Shown: positions 23,205 through 34,600 of the stretch, in pieces | Layout of the letters: every line of letters starts with the position of its first letter | Numbering within the stretch: the stretch's first letter is position 1 | Origin: Macrostomum hystrix | Lineage: Eukaryota; Animalia; Platyhelminthes | Direction of reading: 5' to 3' | Assembly (NCBI GenBank): GCA_950097015.1 | Contig: CATNEN010000024.1 | Coordinates: 4,092,001 to 4,156,000 of the forward strand | DNA: 64,000 nt | Made by a program: the position numbers and the translations under genes | The notes under the pieces: generated by a model | The model's database searches: none | What the model was told of the DNA's origin: nothing | What the model saw: only the letters and a program-made list of their open reading frames with translations

Positions 23205-26200
23205 ATGTCGGCAGACATCATCGACTTCACCACCTGCGTCAGCTGCAGCGATTCGCACGCCGAATGGCTCCTAGCCGACTGTCTGCACGCCGTCTGTCAG
23301 CGCTGCGTTGCGGCCCAGCACTACCAGCCGCAGCAGCTGGAACAGCGCCGACAAACACCCGAGGATCGAATCCGACAGTTGATGCAGGCTAGGCCATTGT
23401 CCTGCCCCACCTGCACCAGGCAGGTAAACAGCAACCAGGCCTGGGCCAACTTCCTGCTACACTTGGCGGGTCCCAATCCCATCCGGGATTGCAACCATCC
23501 CGAGTGCAAGAAGCCTTCATCGCCCTGCTCTGTATCGGCTGTGGCCTTCTGCATCGACTGTCGCAACTGGGTGTGCAGAAAGGTCAAGGAGGCGCATCCT
23601 TATCTTGGCTTCGCATCGCCGCGTCACACCTTTCTATTGATTGACGCCCCGCTGACACAGCAGGCCGAATGGGATGGTCCGGCGTGTCAGCACGCTGACG
23701 CCAGCATTCAGCAGCCAGTTAGTCTGGTGTGCCTTCAGTGCTGCCAGTTCATGTGTCAGCATTGCGCTAACAATGGCGGACACGACCCGGCTCACGCCAG
23801 TCAGATTAGGCCAGTATCAGAGCCATTGGCATGGGCTAGCATTGTTGAAAGGCTGAGGGTCATTAGCGAGCAAACAGATTTGCGAATCCGCAGTCTGAAA
23901 GGTTTCCAAGGCCAAGCGGAGTCAGCTCTGAAGGGCCTGGAGAATAATACTAAGGATACTATTCAGCAGTGGCAAACTATGCGCGACCTGCTGGTTAGTA
24001 AGCACCTGACTACAGCTACCGACCAGCTCAGGGACAAAACTCAGACTGCGGTGAGTGCTGGCTTCTCTGTTTGTAGCCTAGGAGGGCTAGTACAGGGGTC
24101 AGTAGCCTAGGAGGGCTAGTACAGGGGTCAGTAGCCTAGGAGGGCTAGTACAGGGGTCAGTAGCCTAGGAGGGCTAGTACAGGGGTCAGTAGCCTAGGAG
24201 GGCTAGTACAGGGGTCAGTAGCCTAGGAGGGCTAGTACAGGGGTCAGTAGCCTAGGAGGGCTAGTACAGGGGTCAGTAGCCTAGGAGGGCTAGTACAGGG
24301 GTCAGTAGCCTAGGAGGGCTAGTACAGGGGTCAGTAGCCTAGGAGGGCTAGTACAGGGGTCAGTAGCCTAGGAGGGCTAGTACAGGGGTCAGTAGCCTAG
24401 GACTCTAGGAGGGCTAGTACAGGGGTCAGTAGCCTAGGAGGGCTAGTACAGGGGTCAGTAGCCTAGGACTCTAGGAGGGCTAGTACAGGGGTCAGTAGCC
24501 TAGGACTCTAGGAGGGCTAGTACAGGGGTCAGTAGCCTAGGACTCTAGGAGGGCTAGTACAGGGGTCAGTAGCCTAGGAGGGCTAGTACAGGGGTCAGTA
24601 GCCTAGGAGGGCTAGTACAGGGGGTCAGTAGCCTAGGAGGATTACTACTTCAGGGGGTCAGTAGCCTAGGAGGATTACTACTATAAGGGGGGTCAGTAGC
24701 TCTTAGATTTTGGGAGCTCCATGGGGTTCCATGGCCCTGCCAGACTTCGCTCCTCGGGTGCACACAAATAATATTCTTAACCCAATGTTCAACCCGTCCA
24801 GTTCCTTGATGCTCAGCGCACGCTGATGCAATCGGATGAAAGCCAGGGCAACGGCAGTCTCCGCTGCAGTCGCTTCGCCGACCTGCTTGACTCGGTTCTG
24901 GCCGATGCTCGCGTGGCCGTCTCGCCGCAGGCCGAGGCGGCTTCCCCGTCGACGCCGAGAGCTTCGGCTGAAGCGGCAGCATTGGCCCTGCGCCACTGTC
25001 TGGCTATGCTGAATAAGCTAGAGGGCGAGCTGGCCTTAGTTGAGGGCGAGGCGGACAACGGCGACAGCATTGTGTCGATATTGGACGGCGCCGAACTGAG
25101 GCTGGACGAGCAGGCGGTCATGGCGGAGCTACAGAGATGGGCGTCCATTACTGTTTTTGATATCAGCGGTAAGCGGATGAGGCCATGTTCGAAAATAATA
25201 TTGAACACTGGTACGGGTGCATGTTCACGTCAGGTGATCTACTAAGATTCATTACCCGGCCATCCTAAGTACTAGTAATTGCACTCAGTCACTAATTTAT
25301 TGAGTCATTATACCCAGCAAGTCCTTTTGTAATTTTATGAGTCATTACACCCAACCAGTCATTGATGAGTCATTACACCCAACCAGTCATTGATGAGTCA
25401 TTACACCCAACCAGTCATTGATGAGTCATTACACCCAACCAGTCATTTGATGAGTCATTACACCCAACCAGTCATTTGATGAGTCACTTCACCCAACCAA
25501 TCATTTTATGAGTCATTACACCCAACCAGTCATTTGATGAGTCACTTCACCCAGCCACTCATTTGATGAGTCACTTCACCCAACCAGTCATTTGATGAGT
25601 CATTACACACAACCACTCATTTGATGAGTCACTTCACCCAACAAATCATTTTATGAGTCATTACACCCAACCAGTCATTTGATGAGTCACTTCACCCAAC
25701 CAGTCATTTGATGAGTCATTACACACAACCACTAATTTTATGAGTCATTACACCCAACCAGTCATTTGATGAGTCATTACACCCAACCGGTCATTTGATG
25801 AGTCATTACACATAACCACTCATTTTATGAGTCATTACACCCAACCAGTCATTTGATGAGTCACTTCACCCAGCCACTCGTTTGATGAGTCACTTCACCC
25901 AACCAGTCATTTGATGAGTCAATACACCTAACCAGTCATTTGATGAGTCATTACACCCAACATATTTTATGATGAGTCATTACACCCAACAAATCATATG
26001 ATGAGTCATTACACCCAACCAGTCATATGTTGAGTCATTACACCCAACCAATCATATGATGAGTCATTACACCCAACCAGTCATTTGATGAGTCATTATC
26101 CCATTCGCACACCCAACACCCGGCCAAACTCGATTCGTCCCACAATTCAGAAGTGGCCACTGGAGTCGCCAATCCTGAGAAGAGGCAGGCTTCCAGCGCC

Positions 26201-26644
26201 GCCGCGGCCCAACAGCCCGACGCTCTGTGCTGCGCCATCTGCGGCTTTTCCTCTAATTCAGACTCTGACGCTGGCTTTCAAATCTTTGAATGCTCCGACT
26301 GCCGCCTGCCACTGCACCGCGCCTGCCAGCCGCTGTACAGCAGGGAATCGAAAAGCGACGCGGACTGTCGCCAGCTCTGCGTCCTATGCGACGTCCAGCG
26401 CAACGATGAGGCGTCGATTGTTCGCCGCATTCTCTGCTGGCTCCTGTTGGCCCGGCCGCATCCGCGCCTGACGGAGGTAGCTCAACGAATCGCCAGCGAT
26501 GGAGGCGGAGTCGGCCTAGCTCAACTAGCCGGCGTCTTGCGCTCCGCTCTGGCCGGCCTGCGAGATCCTGTCCGCTCTGCTCAGCTGGGCGCCCAGCTCA
26601 AACAGCTCGGCTTGACGCCGAGTCATAACGGCTTGGCTGGATAG
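23205..26644 (+). CDS. TIF1/Bonus-like TRIM protein: RING, B-box 1, B-box 2, coiled coil, PHD, possible degenerate bromodomain remnant; 3 exons, 568 aa
   Basis: Exons 23205-24050, 24802-25168, 26151-26644 (1707 nt, in frame). C3HC4 RING CVSC...CLHAVCQRC...CPTC; B-boxes AVAFCIDCRNWVC...AH and CLQCCQFMCQHC...H; PHD-like CAIC...CSDC...HRAC...CVLC. Subfamily inferred from domain order. Confidence 0.85.
24073..24695. repeat. Minisatellite, 29-bp unit GTAGCCTAGGAGGGCTAGTACAGGGGTCA (37-bp variants), ~21 copies, in TRIM intron 1
   Basis: Periodicity read directly; starts 22 nt after the donor at 24051. Confidence 0.96.
25335..26098. repeat. Minisatellite, 28-29-bp unit GATGAGTCATTACACCCAACCAGTCATTT, ~26 copies, in TRIM intron 2
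   Basis: Periodicity read directly; nearly every unit contains TGAGTCA. Confidence 0.95.
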
Positions 26645-26683
26645 ATTGCTGGATAGATTGCTGGATAGATTGCTGGATAGCTA
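26636..26683. repeat. 12-bp repeat GCTGGATAGATT x4 overlapping the TRIM stop codon
   Basis: The first unit supplies the last codons and the TAG at 26642-26644. Confidence 0.85.
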
Positions 26684-27179
26684 GCTAGCTGAAATTTGTT
26701 ACTAGACTGGCAGGTTGGACAGCTTGCTGGACAGTGTGTCCTTAATAGTTTCCAAATCTCTAGTTGAAGTCACAGTCACTTGTTTTAGCAGGCAATGTCA
26801 GTCCTACTCTTCCCTGCACCCAGTTAGTGCTGCCCAGTGACCTTGTATTGCAATTGAACACTTTATTCATTCATTTATTCATTTAAGTATCTCTTAATTA
26901 ATAAATACTACGCTGAGTTGTGCATTCTTTTGTAAAAATATTCATAAACAGTCAAGATAGTAATTAATTCAATCATTTCATGCGTTTGTAACGTACTCAT
27001 GTTTGCTGTTCTGTTTGTTCGTGTGCTTAAACTTTCAAATATTGGGTTGGGAACAAAATTATGAGCAAATATAATTACGTACAGCGACCTTTTCTGTTAT
27101 TTGGCCTAGATTTTTTCAGTTTTTTTGCCTACACTACTACTTCCAAATAATACTACTTAATGCCTAACTACTTTATAGT

Positions 27180-27985
27180 TCCCAGATAACTGTTTCTAAT
27201 TACCCCAAATATCCCAATTCCTAAATATCGCGTTCCCCAGATGTTACATTCTCCAAACATCACATTCCCCAGCAAAACATTCCCCAGATATCACATTCCT
27301 TAAGTGTCACATTCCCCAAATATTACATTCTGGAAATATCACATTCCCCAAATTTCACGACCCCAAACATCAAATTCTTTAAACTTCACATTGCTCATCA
27401 TAACGTTCCTCAAATATTAAAGTTTGCAAATATCACATTCCCGAAATATCACATTTTGGAAATATCACATTCCCTATCTATATAGGATAGATAATAATAG
27501 TAATAATAATTGCGGGTGGACTGCGGGCAATGGCACATCATTTAGTGACACTAGACCCGCAGCCATCGAAGAGGCAATTCTGCCCATTTTGCTGACTCCT
27601 GAGCACACACGCACACAGATACTGTACGCAGGCATACGCTCACAGGTTTGTACATCTGCCCTGACTTTCTCATCGTCAGGCAGTGTACACTTCACTGTGC
27701 CTTGGAGGTTGGCCCTCAAGGGCGTAAATTTCACGACAAGCCCCCAAGCCTTCTCTCCGCGGCTGCGCCTCAATTGAATGTGGCCTCGCCGTGGAATCGA
27801 ACTTAGGGACCTTGGTTCGAGAGGCAAACGCGATAACCGCTCTGCCACCGACCCCCCATATAGGATAGATATCTATATCTATATCTATATCAAAGTTTGC
27901 AAGTATCACGTTCCCCAAAATTACGACATTACGAAAATATCACATTCCCGAAATATCACATTCTAAAAATACGACATTCCCCTGC
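27180..27985. repeat. Degenerate ~20-bp repeat (AAATATCACATTCCCC-like) interrupted by a SINE
   Basis: The motif recurs on both sides of the SINE at 27494-27857. Confidence 0.7.
27494..27857 (-). mobile_element. Full-length tRNA-derived SINE (family A), 364 bp
   Basis: On the minus strand: A box TGGCAGAGCGG, B box AGTTCGATTCC, (ATT)n tail. 14-bp TSD ATATAGGATAGATA at 27480-27493 and 27858-27871. Confidence 0.92.
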
Positions 27986-28121
27986 ATCAAACATTCGCTC
28001 AAGTGCAAGATAGTGTAAATAATGAAAACAAACAATGTGTAATTCCAAGATTCAATTTATTTTATTCAATACTGCTCTCGTAAATAAAACTCCTTGCAGA
28101 TCTGTCTCAGAATTTCCAGCC

Positions 28122-28670
28122 ATGAGGAAGCTTCGATTTCACGAGAAAAAGCTACTGAAGAAGGTGGACCTGGTCAACTGGTCCTCCGATCACAATCTGC
28201 GCGAAGTTAAAATGATGCGCAAATATCGTTTGAAATCGCGCGAGGAGCTCACAGTTTATAACAAGTTGTCGCGCGAAGTTCGCGACGTGGCTAGGAAGAT
28301 TCGCGACCTGCCCGAGTCGGACGAGTTTCGCGCCGAGGCAACCCGCCTGCTCCTAGGCCGGCTGCACGCACTGGGCATTGTGCCAACCAGGCGCAATCTC
28401 CTTCTAGCTGACAAAGTCACGTCAACCTCATTCTGCCGGCGCCGCCTGTCGGCTGTCATGGTCCGCTGTCACATGGCCGAGACTGTCAAAGCTGCCGTTA
28501 CCTTTGTTGAAGCCGGACACGTGCGGGTCGGACCTCAGGTGGTCACGGAACCCGGCTTCCTCGTTTCCAGAGCCATGGAAGATTATGTCACCTGGACTAA
28601 TCAGTCCGCTATCAAGCGGCGTGTTTTGGAGTACAATGAGGCTATGGACGACTATGATTTTAAGAATTAA
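28122..28670 (+). CDS. IMP3: U3 snoRNP protein IMP3 (S4 domain), intronless, 182 aa
   Basis: MRKLRFHEKKLLKKVDLVNW...FCRRRL..VMV....AETVKAAVTFVEAGHVRVGPQVVTEPGFLVSRAMEDYVTW...YDF; matches the family over its full length. The ORF-track start at 28035 extends through intron-like sequence. Confidence 0.96.
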   Translation: MRKLRFHEKKLLKKVDLVNWSSDHNLREVKMMRKYRLKSREELTVYNKLSREVRDVARKIRDLPESDEFRAEATRLLLGRLHALGIVPTRRNLLLADKVTSTSFCRRRLSAVMVRCHMAETVKAAVTFVEAGHVRVGPQVVTEPGFLVSRAMEDYVTWTNQSAIKRRVLEYNEAMDDYDFKN

Positions 28671-28699
28671 GAGCTCTGTGCATGGGAGCGGTACCGCCG

Positions 28700-31600
28700 C
28701 TAGGTGGGATGATTAGCCAGTTATTGAACTCTAGGTGGGATGATTAGCCACTTATTGAACTCTAGGTGGGATGATTAGCCAGTTATTGAACTCTAGGTGG
28801 GATGATTAGCCACTTATTGAACTCTAGGTGGGATGATTAGCCACTTATTGAAATCTAGGTGGGATGATTAGCCAGTTATTGAACTCTAGGTGGGATGATT
28901 AGCCACTTATTGAACTCTAGGTGGGATGATTAGCCACTTATTGAACTCTAGGTGGGATGATTAGCCACTTATTGAACTCTAGGTGGGATGATTAGCCACT
29001 TATTGTACTCTAGGTGGCATGATTAGCCACTTATTGAACTCTAGGTGGGATGATTAGCCAGTTATTGTACTCTAGGTGGGATGATTAGCCAGTCATTGAA
29101 CTCTAGGTGGGATGATTAGCCAGTTATTGTACTCTAGGTGGGATGATTAGCCACTTATTGAACTCTAGGTGGGATGATTAGCCAGTTATTGTACTCTAGG
29201 TGGGATGATTAGCCAGTTATTGAACTCTAGGTGGGATGATTAGCCACTTATTGAAATCTAGGTAGGATGATTAGCCACTTATTGAACTCTAGGTGGCATG
29301 ATTAGCCACTTATTGTACTCTAGGTGGGATGATTAGCCACTTATTGAACTCTAGGTGGGATGATTAGCCACTTATTGTACTCTAGGTGGGATGATTAGCC
29401 AGTTATTGAACTCTAGGTGGGATGATTAGCCACTTACTCTAGGTGGGATGATTAGCCAGTTATTGAACTCTAGGTGGGATGATTAGCCACTTATTGTACT
29501 CTAGGTGGGATGATTAGCCACTTATTGAACTCTAGGTGGGATGATTAGCCACTTATTGAACTCTAGGTGGGATGATTAGCCACTTACTCTAGGTGGGATG
29601 ATTAGCCAGTTATTGAACTCTAGGTGGGATGATTAGCCACTTATTGTACTCTAGGTGGGATGATTAGCCACTTACTCTAGGTGGGATGATTAGCCAGTTA
29701 TTGAACTCTAGGTGGGATGATTAGCCACTTATTGAAATCTAGGTGGGATGATTAGCCACTTATTGTACTCTAGGTGGGATGATTAGCCACTTATTGTACT
29801 CTAGGTGGGATGATTAGCCAGTTATTGAACTCTAGGTGGGATGATTAGCCACTTATTGTACTCTAGGTGGGATGATTAGCCACTTATTGAACTCTAGGTG
29901 GGATGATTAGCCACTTATTGTACTCTAGGTGGGATGATTAGCCACTTATTGTACTCTAGGTGGGATGATTAGCCAGTTATTGAACTCTAGGTGGGATGAT
30001 TAGCCACTTATTGAACTCTAGGTGGCATGATTAGCCACTTATTGAACTCTAGGTGGGATGATTAGCCAGTTATTGAACTCTAGGTGGGATGATTAGCCAC
30101 TTATTGAACTCTAGGTGGGATGATTAGCCACTTATTGAACTCTAGGTGGCATGATTAGCCACTTATTGAAATCTAGGTGGGATGATTAGCCAGTTATTGT
30201 ACTCTAGGTGGGATGATTAGCCACTTATTGAACTCTAGGTGGGATGATTAGCCAGTTATTGTACTCTAGGTGGGATGATTAGCCAGTCATTGAACTCTAG
30301 GTGGGATGATTAGCCAGTTATTGTACTCTAGGTGGGATGATTAGCCACTTATTGAACTCTAGGTGGGATGATTAGCCAGTTATTGTACTCTAGGTGGGAT
30401 GATTAGCCAGTTATTGAACTCTAGGTGGGATGATTAGCCACTTATTGAAATCTAGGTAGGATGATTAGCCACTTATTGAACTCTAGGTGGCATGATTAGC
30501 CACTTATTGTACTCTAGGTGGGATGATTAGCCACTTATTGAACTCTAGGTGGGATGATTAGCCACTTATTGTACTCTAGGTGGGATGATTAGCCAGTTAT
30601 TGAACTCTAGGTGGGATGATTAGCCACTTACTCTAGGTGGGATGATTAGCCAGTTATTGAACTCTAGGTGGGATGATTAGCCACTTATTGTACTCTAGGT
30701 GGGATGATTAGCCACTTATTGAACTCTAGGTGGGATGATTAGCCACTTATTGAACTCTAGGTGGGATGATTAGCCACTTACTCTAGGTGGGATGATTAGC
30801 CAGTTATTGAACTCTAGGTGGGATGATTAGCCACTTATTGTACTCTAGGTGGGATGATTAGCCACTTACTCTAGGTGGGATGATTAGCCAGTTATTGAAC
30901 TCTAGGTGGGATGATTAGCCACTTATTGAAATCTAGGTGGGATGATTAGCCACTTATTGTACTCTAGGTGGGATGATTAGCCACTTATTGTACTCTAGGT
31001 GGGATGATTAGCCAGTTATTGAACTCTAGGTGGGATGATTAGCCACTTATTGTACTCTAGGTGGGATGATTAGCCACTTATTGAACTCTAGGTGGGATGA
31101 TTAGCCACTTATTGTACTCTAGGTGGGATGATTAGCCACTTATTGTACTCTAGGTGGGATGATTAGCCAGTTATTGAACTCTAGGTGGGATGATTAGCCA
31201 CTTATTGAACTCTAGGTGGCATGATTAGCCACTTATTGAACTCTAGGTGGGATGATTAGCCAGTTATTGAACTCTAGGTGGGATGATTAGCCACTTATTG
31301 AACTCTAGGTGGGATGATTAGCCACTTATTGAACTCTAGGTGGCATGATTAGCCACTTATTGAAATCTAGGTGGGATGATTAGCCAGTTATTGAACTCTA
31401 GGTGGGATGATTAGCCAGTTATTGAACTCTAGGTGGGATGATTAGCCACTTATTGAACTCTAGGTGGGATGATTAGCCAGTTATTGTACTCTAGGTGGGA
31501 TGATTAGCCACTTATTGAACTCTAGGTGGGATGATTAGCCACTTATTGAACTCTAGGTGGGATGATTAGCCACTTATTGAACTCTAGGTGGGATGATTAG

Positions 31601-34600
31601 CCACTTATTGAACTCTAGGTGGCATGATTAGCCACTTATTGAAATCTAGGTGGGATGATTAGCCACTTATTGTACTCTAGGTGGGATGATTAGCCACTTA
31701 TTGTACTCTAGGTGGGATGATTAGCCAGTTATTGAACTCTAGGTGGGATGATTAGCCACTTATTGAACTCTAGGTGGCATGATTAGCCACTTATTGAAAT
31801 CTAGGTGGGATGATTAGCCACTTATTGAACTCTAGGTGGCATGATTAGCCACTTATTGAACTCTAGGTGGGATGATTAGCCACTTATTGTACTCTAGGTG
31901 GGATGATTAGCCACTTATTGTACTCTAGGTGGGATGATTAGCCACTTATTGAACTCTAGGTGGGATGATTAGCCACTTATTGAAATCTAGGTGGGATGAT
32001 TAGCCAGTTATTGAACTCTAGGTGGGATGATTAGCCACTTATTGAACTCTAGGTGGGATGATTAGCCACTTATTGTACTCTAGGTGGGATGATTAGCCAC
32101 TTATTGTACTCTAGGTGGGATGATTAGCCAGTTATTGTACTCTAGGTGGGATGATTAGCCACTTATTGTACTCTAGGTGGGATGATTAGCCAGTTATTGT
32201 ACTCTAGGTGGGATGATTAGCCACTTATTGAACTCTAGGTGGGATGATTAGCCACTTATTGAAATCTAGGTGGGATGATTAGCCAGTTATTGAACTCTAG
32301 GTGGGATGATTAGCCACTTATTGAACTCTAGGTGGGATGATTAGCCACTTATTGTACTCTAGGTGGGATGATTAGCCAGTTATTGTACTCTAGGTGGGAT
32401 GATTAGCCACTTATTGTACTCTAGGTGGCATGATTAGCCACTTATTGAACTCTAGGTGGGATGATTAGCCACTTATTGAACTCTAGGTGGGATGATTAGC
32501 CACCTATTGAAATCTAGGTGGGATGATTAGCCAGTTATTGAACTCTAGGTGGGATGATTAGCCAGTTATTGAAATCTAGGTGGGATGATTAGCCACTTAT
32601 TGAACTCTAGGTGGGATGATTAGCCAGTTATTGAACTCTAGGTGGGATGATTAGCCACTTATTGAAATCTAGGTGGCATGATTAGCCACTTATTGTACTC
32701 TAGGTGGGATGATTAGCCACTTATTGAACTCTAGGTGGGATGATTAGCCACTTATTGAACTCTAGGTGGGATGATTAGCCACTTATTGAACTCTAGGTGG
32801 CATGATTAGCCACTTATTGAAATCTAGGTGGGATGATTAGCCACTTATTGAACTCTAGGTGGGATGATTAGCCACTTATTGTACTCTAGGTGGCATGATT
32901 AGCCACTTATTGAACTCTAGGTGGGATGATTAGCCAGTTATTGAACTCTAGGTGGGATGATTAGCCACTTATTGTACTCTAGGTGGGATGATTAGCCACT
33001 TATTGAACTCTAGGTGGGATGATTAGCCACTTATTGAACTCTAGGTGGGATGATTAGCCACTTATTGAACTCTAGGTGGGATGATTAGCCACTTATTGAA
33101 CTCTAGGTGGCATGATTAGCCACTTATTGAAATCTAGGTGGGATGATTAGCCAGTTATTGAACTCTAGGTGGGATGATTAGCCACTTATTGAACTCTAGG
33201 TGGGATGATTAGCCAGTTATTGTACTCTAGGTGGGATGATTAGCCACTTATTGAACTCTAGGTGGCATGATTAGCCACTTATTGAACTCTAGGTGGCATG
33301 ATTAGCCACTTATTGAACTCTAGGTGGGATGATTAGCCACTTATTGAACTCTAGGTGGGATGATTAGCCACTTATTGAACTCTAGGTGGGATGATTAGCC
33401 ACTTATTGAACTCTAGGTGGCATGATTAGCCACTTATTGAACTCTAGGTGGCATGATTAGCCACTTATTGAAATCTAGGTGGGATGATTAGCCAGTTATT
33501 GTACTCTAGGTGGGATGATTAGCCACTTATTGAACTCTAGGTGGGATGATTAGCCACTTATTGAACTCTAGGTGGCATGATTAGCCACTTATTGAACTCT
33601 AGGTGGGATGATTAGCCACTTATTGAACTCTAGGTGGGATGATTAGCCACTTATTGTACTCTAGGTGGGATGATTAGCCACTTATTGTACTCTAGGTGGG
33701 ATGATTAGCCACTTATTGTACTCTAGGTGGGATGATTAGCCAGTTATTGTACTCTAGGTGGGCATGATTAGCCACTTATTGAACTCTAGGTGGGATGATT
33801 AGCCACTTATTGAACTCTAGGTGGGATGATTAGCCACTTATTGTACTCTAGGTGGGATGATTAGCCAGTTATTGTGCTCTAGGTGGGATGATTAGCCACT
33901 TATTGTACTCTAGGTGGGATGATTAGCCAGTTATTGTACTCTAGGTGGCATGATTAGCCACTTATTGAACTCTAGGTGGCATGATTAGCCACTTATTGTA
34001 CTCTAGGTGGGATGATTAGCCACTTATTGTACTCTAGGTGGGATGATTAGCCAGTTATTGAACTCTAGGTGGGATGATTAGCCACTTATTGTACTCTAGG
34101 TGGGATGATTAGCCACTTATTGTACTCTAGGTGGGATGATTAGCCACTTATTGTACTCTAGGTGGGATGATTAGCCACTTATTGAACTCTAGGTGGGATG
34201 ATTAGCCACTTATTGAACTCTAGGTGGCATGATTAGCCACTTATTGAACTCTAGGTGGGATGATTAGCCACTTATTGTACTCTAGGTGGGATGATTAGCC
34301 ACTTATTGAACTCTAGGTGGGATGATTAGCCACTTATTGTACTCTAGGTGGATGATTAGCCACTTATTGAACTCTAGGTGGCATGATTAGCCACTTATTG
34401 AAATCTAGGTGGGATGATTAGCCACTTATTGTACTCTAGGTGGGATGATTAGCCACTTTTTGAACTCTAGGTGGGATGATTAGCCACTTATTGAACTCTA
34501 GGTGGGATGATTAGCCACTTATTGAACTCTAGGTGGGATGATTAGCCACTTATTGAACTCTAGGTGGCATGATTAGCCACTTATTGAAATCTAGGTGGGA

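Noticed and set aside
28035-28121. N-terminal extensions given by the ORF track for IMP3 (also 13949 for S9, 23142 for TRIM, 40997 for DAXX, 8610 for ATXN3 exon 4)
   Set aside because: These run through polypyrimidine/AG acceptor sequence and lack family similarity.
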